Part shown: positions 61,978 to 64,000 of the stretch, piece by piece
Layout of the letters: every line of letters starts with the position of its first letter
Numbering within the stretch: the first letter of the stretch is position 1
Virus record (IMG/VR): IMGVR_UViG_2574179795_000001
Coordinates: 23,063 to 87,062 of that record
From: a virus
Taxonomy: Duplodnaviria > Caudoviricetes
Strand: one strand, 5' to 3'
Length of the DNA stretch: 64,000 nucleotides
Position numbers and translations under genes: made by a program
Notes under the pieces: model-generated
Databases searched by the model: none
What the model was told of the DNA's origin: nothing
What the model saw: the letters and a program-made list of their open reading frames with translations, nothing else

Positions 61978-62522
61978 TGGCCCTCGCCGACCTCACCGCC
62001 CTGGACGTACACAAGACCGGCGGGTTCCCGCCCGGCTACCCGACGGCGGTCCGTACGTTCTACAGCCCCGTCGACGACGTCCACGGAGCACTGCGGGACC
62101 TCGTCGCCTCTGCCCAGCGCTCCCTCGCCATCGCGATGTACGGGTTTGACGACCCGGAGCTCGCCGACATCATCAAGGCGAAGCTCGCCGACCCGACGCT
62201 CGTCGTTCAGCTCACGCTGGACTCTTCGCAGGCGGGGGGCGTCCACGAGCGGGAGATCCTCACCCACGAGGCCTACCCAGCGAGTTCGGTCGCTGTCGGT
62301 CGCTCCGAGCGGGGACAGATCATGCATCTCAAGGAGGTCGTCGTCGATGGCCTCGACACGCTCACCGGGTCAACGAACTGGTCAGCGTCCGGTGAAGGTC
62401 TGCAGGACAACGCCCTGGTGGTGATCCGGGATCCGCTGGTCGCTGCCGAGGCTCGGGCTCGAATCGACGCGATCCACGTGCACATGCTGGCCGCCAAGGC
62501 GGCGAAGGGGGTCTCGTCGTGA
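61977..62522 (+). CDS. Phospholipase D/Nuc-family protein with a single HKD motif
   Basis: [17 protein letters not shown]...TGSTNWS...QDN. Confidence 0.88.
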   Translation: MALADLTALDVHKTGGFPPGYPTAVRTFYSPVDDVHGALRDLVASAQRSLAIAMYGFDDPELADIIKAKLADPTLVVQLTLDSSQAGGVHEREILTHEAYPASSVAVGRSERGQIMHLKEVVVDGLDTLTGSTNWSASGEGLQDNALVVIRDPLVAAEARARIDAIHVHMLAAKAAKGVSS

Positions 62523-62812
62523 AGCGCATCAACGCAGGCGTCGACCGGGTTCTCGCCACGGTGGAGCGCCTGGCGATCGGCCGGTGGCACATCCTCGCGC
62601 TGCTGTTCCTCGGCGCCGGCCTGCTGACGCAGGGCCACAATCAGTCGTTCGAGCTGATCGGCGGGAACTACACCAACGTCATCTCGGCAACGGTGTCGCT
62701 GCTGGTCCTCGCGGAGCAGAAGGCGTCCGAGGCGCGGCAGGCCAGCCGGCACGAGGACCTGAAGGAGCACGTCACCACTGCGGTCGCACAGGACGAGGAG
62801 GACTCCCCGTGA
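62519..62812 (+). CDS. Two-TM membrane protein (holin-like candidate)
   Basis: [14 protein letters not shown] and [14 protein letters not shown]; charged C-terminus. Confidence 0.6.
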   Translation: MKRINAGVDRVLATVERLAIGRWHILALLFLGAGLLTQGHNQSFELIGGNYTNVISATVSLLVLAEQKASEARQASRHEDLKEHVTTAVAQDEEDSP

Positions 62813-63636
62813 CGCGCACGATGTACGACAGCGTCAGCGTCTCCAGCCTGCCGGCGGACGCGACGATGGTCGCCGGGTACGCCGACGGCCTGTACGCCAA
62901 CCTGACCGCAATGCGGGCCCGGTTCCCGCACGCCACGGTCGTGTCGATCGCGGTCCGGTACACCACCCGCGCCCAGGTTCTCGACGTGGAGACGGGGGAT
63001 GCCACCCCGGCGCAGGCGGTGGTGTGGTGCCGGCAGACGATGGCGGACACCCCCAACAGCCAGCTCACGGTGTACTGCAACACCAGCACGTGGCCAGCGG
63101 TCCGGGCCGCCCTCGCTGCGGCCGGCGAATCCCCCCCGCAGTACTGGGTCGCGCAGTACGACGGCGTCGCGAGCATCCCTGGCGGCGCGATCGCGAAGCA
63201 GTACCGGACCACGCCGGGCTGGGACGCGAGCATCGTCGCCGACTACTGGCCCGGCGTCGACGCGGCCCCCACACCCGCACCCCCCAGCCCCCCACCTGTA
63301 CCGCCGGAGGACATCGTGACACCTGAGGACATCGCCGCGGTCGCTGCGGCCGCCGCCACCGCCGTGTGGAACCACACCGAGCCCGACCCGTTGTCGGGCG
63401 GCACCGCCCGCATGGGCACGGTCCAGGCGTGGCGCGACCAGGTCGCGCAGAACAAGACCAGCGAGTTGGAGCGGCAGATCGCCGCGAGCACCGCTGCGAT
63501 CACCGCCCTCGTCAACCAGCTCGGCGCCCAGCACGGCACTGTCGACACGGCGGCTGTCGTCGCCGCGGTGCAGGCCGCGATCGCCGCCGCGGTCGTGCAC
63601 GTGGACGTCAACGTGACCGGGCCGACCGCTGCGTGA
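62809..63636 (+). CDS. Endolysin, GH25-like muramidase with C-terminal coiled-coil
   Basis: MYD...AGYADG, LDVETGD, TVYCN, YWVAQY, AKQY; GAGGAGG SD. Confidence 0.8.
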   Translation: MTRTMYDSVSVSSLPADATMVAGYADGLYANLTAMRARFPHATVVSIAVRYTTRAQVLDVETGDATPAQAVVWCRQTMADTPNSQLTVYCNTSTWPAVRAALAAAGESPPQYWVAQYDGVASIPGGAIAKQYRTTPGWDASIVADYWPGVDAAPTPAPPSPPPVPPEDIVTPEDIAAVAAAAATAVWNHTEPDPLSGGTARMGTVQAWRDQVAQNKTSELERQIAASTAAITALVNQLGAQHGTVDTAAVVAAVQAAIAAAVVHVDVNVTGPTAA

Positions 63637-63667
63637 GGTGGCGCACTGAGCCGCCAGGAGGTCGCCC

Positions 63668-64000
63668 GTGACTGAGCTGCTCGGCCCCGGCGCCATCCAA
63701 GGCGGCGCCGCGGCGATCGTCGTCATCGTGATCCTCCTCGTCCTGAAAGGCAAGCTGGTGCCGCGGGCCCAGGTCGACGACCTCCGCGCGGACCGGGACG
63801 CCCGGATCGCCGCCATCACCGAGGAGCGGGACACGTGGCGCCGCGCTTTCCTGACCAGCGAGGAGGCCCGTCACGTGGCGCAGGCACAGGTCGGGGAGCT
63901 CCTGGAGACGTCCCGCACGATGGAGCATCTGCTGCGGTCCCTACCTAGGCCCGGGCAGGGGGTGGGGCATGCTCCGGCGGATCGCGGCGTGGTGTCGTAG
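63668..64000 (+). CDS. Single-TM + coiled-coil lysis (holin-like) protein
   Basis: GGAAAIVVIVILLVLKGKLVPR...ERDTWRRA; follows endolysin. Confidence 0.7.
   Translation: MTELLGPGAIQGGAAAIVVIVILLVLKGKLVPRAQVDDLRADRDARIAAITEERDTWRRAFLTSEEARHVAQAQVGELLETSRTMEHLLRSLPRPGQGVGHAPADRGVVS

Larger units (their letters stand above)
1..64000. mobile_element. Temperate actinobacterial siphophage/prophage (incomplete at both edges)
   Basis: Repressor/Cro switch, rep+DnaB, terminase-portal-capsid-tail-tape measure-lysis genes in canonical order; no host housekeeping genes. Confidence 0.95.

Overview
The whole window is one high-GC (about 70%) actinobacterial (Streptomycetaceae-like) temperate siphophage or prophage that runs off both edges. 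No integrase, att site, ParA, tRNA or CRISPR is visible. Layout: (1) 1-3857, rightward small accessory genes, including a permuted NlpC/P60 protein. (2) 4062-11529, a leftward early operon of microproteins with an intact Thg1-like 3'-5' polymerase, under an RHH-controlled divergent promoter. (3) 11645-13195, RHH, wHTH and degenerate serine-recombinase pieces. (4) 13341-19130, a leftward replication operon: DNA MTase, DnaB, a replication initiator with four internal palindromic iterons, an FtsH/M41-like zincin and a Cro/Xis-like HTH. (5) 19235-23469, XRE repressor plus accessory genes. (6) 23527-30867, a Streptomyces plasmid/AICE-type conjugation module (HTH regulator with operator, Spd-like membrane proteins, FtsK-type TraB, membrane-anchored Mrr nuclease) containing a dense GATGCG repeat array. 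(7) 31411-61085, late genes: a fibre/beta-helix protein ahead of the terminase, a portal-NUDIX-MuF fusion, a split XkdF protease, capsid, tail and tailspike. (8) 61147-64000, a lysis region with a papain-like peptidase, a PLD-family enzyme, a GH25-like endolysin and membrane proteins. All family calls come from motif recognition by eye; no database searches were run.
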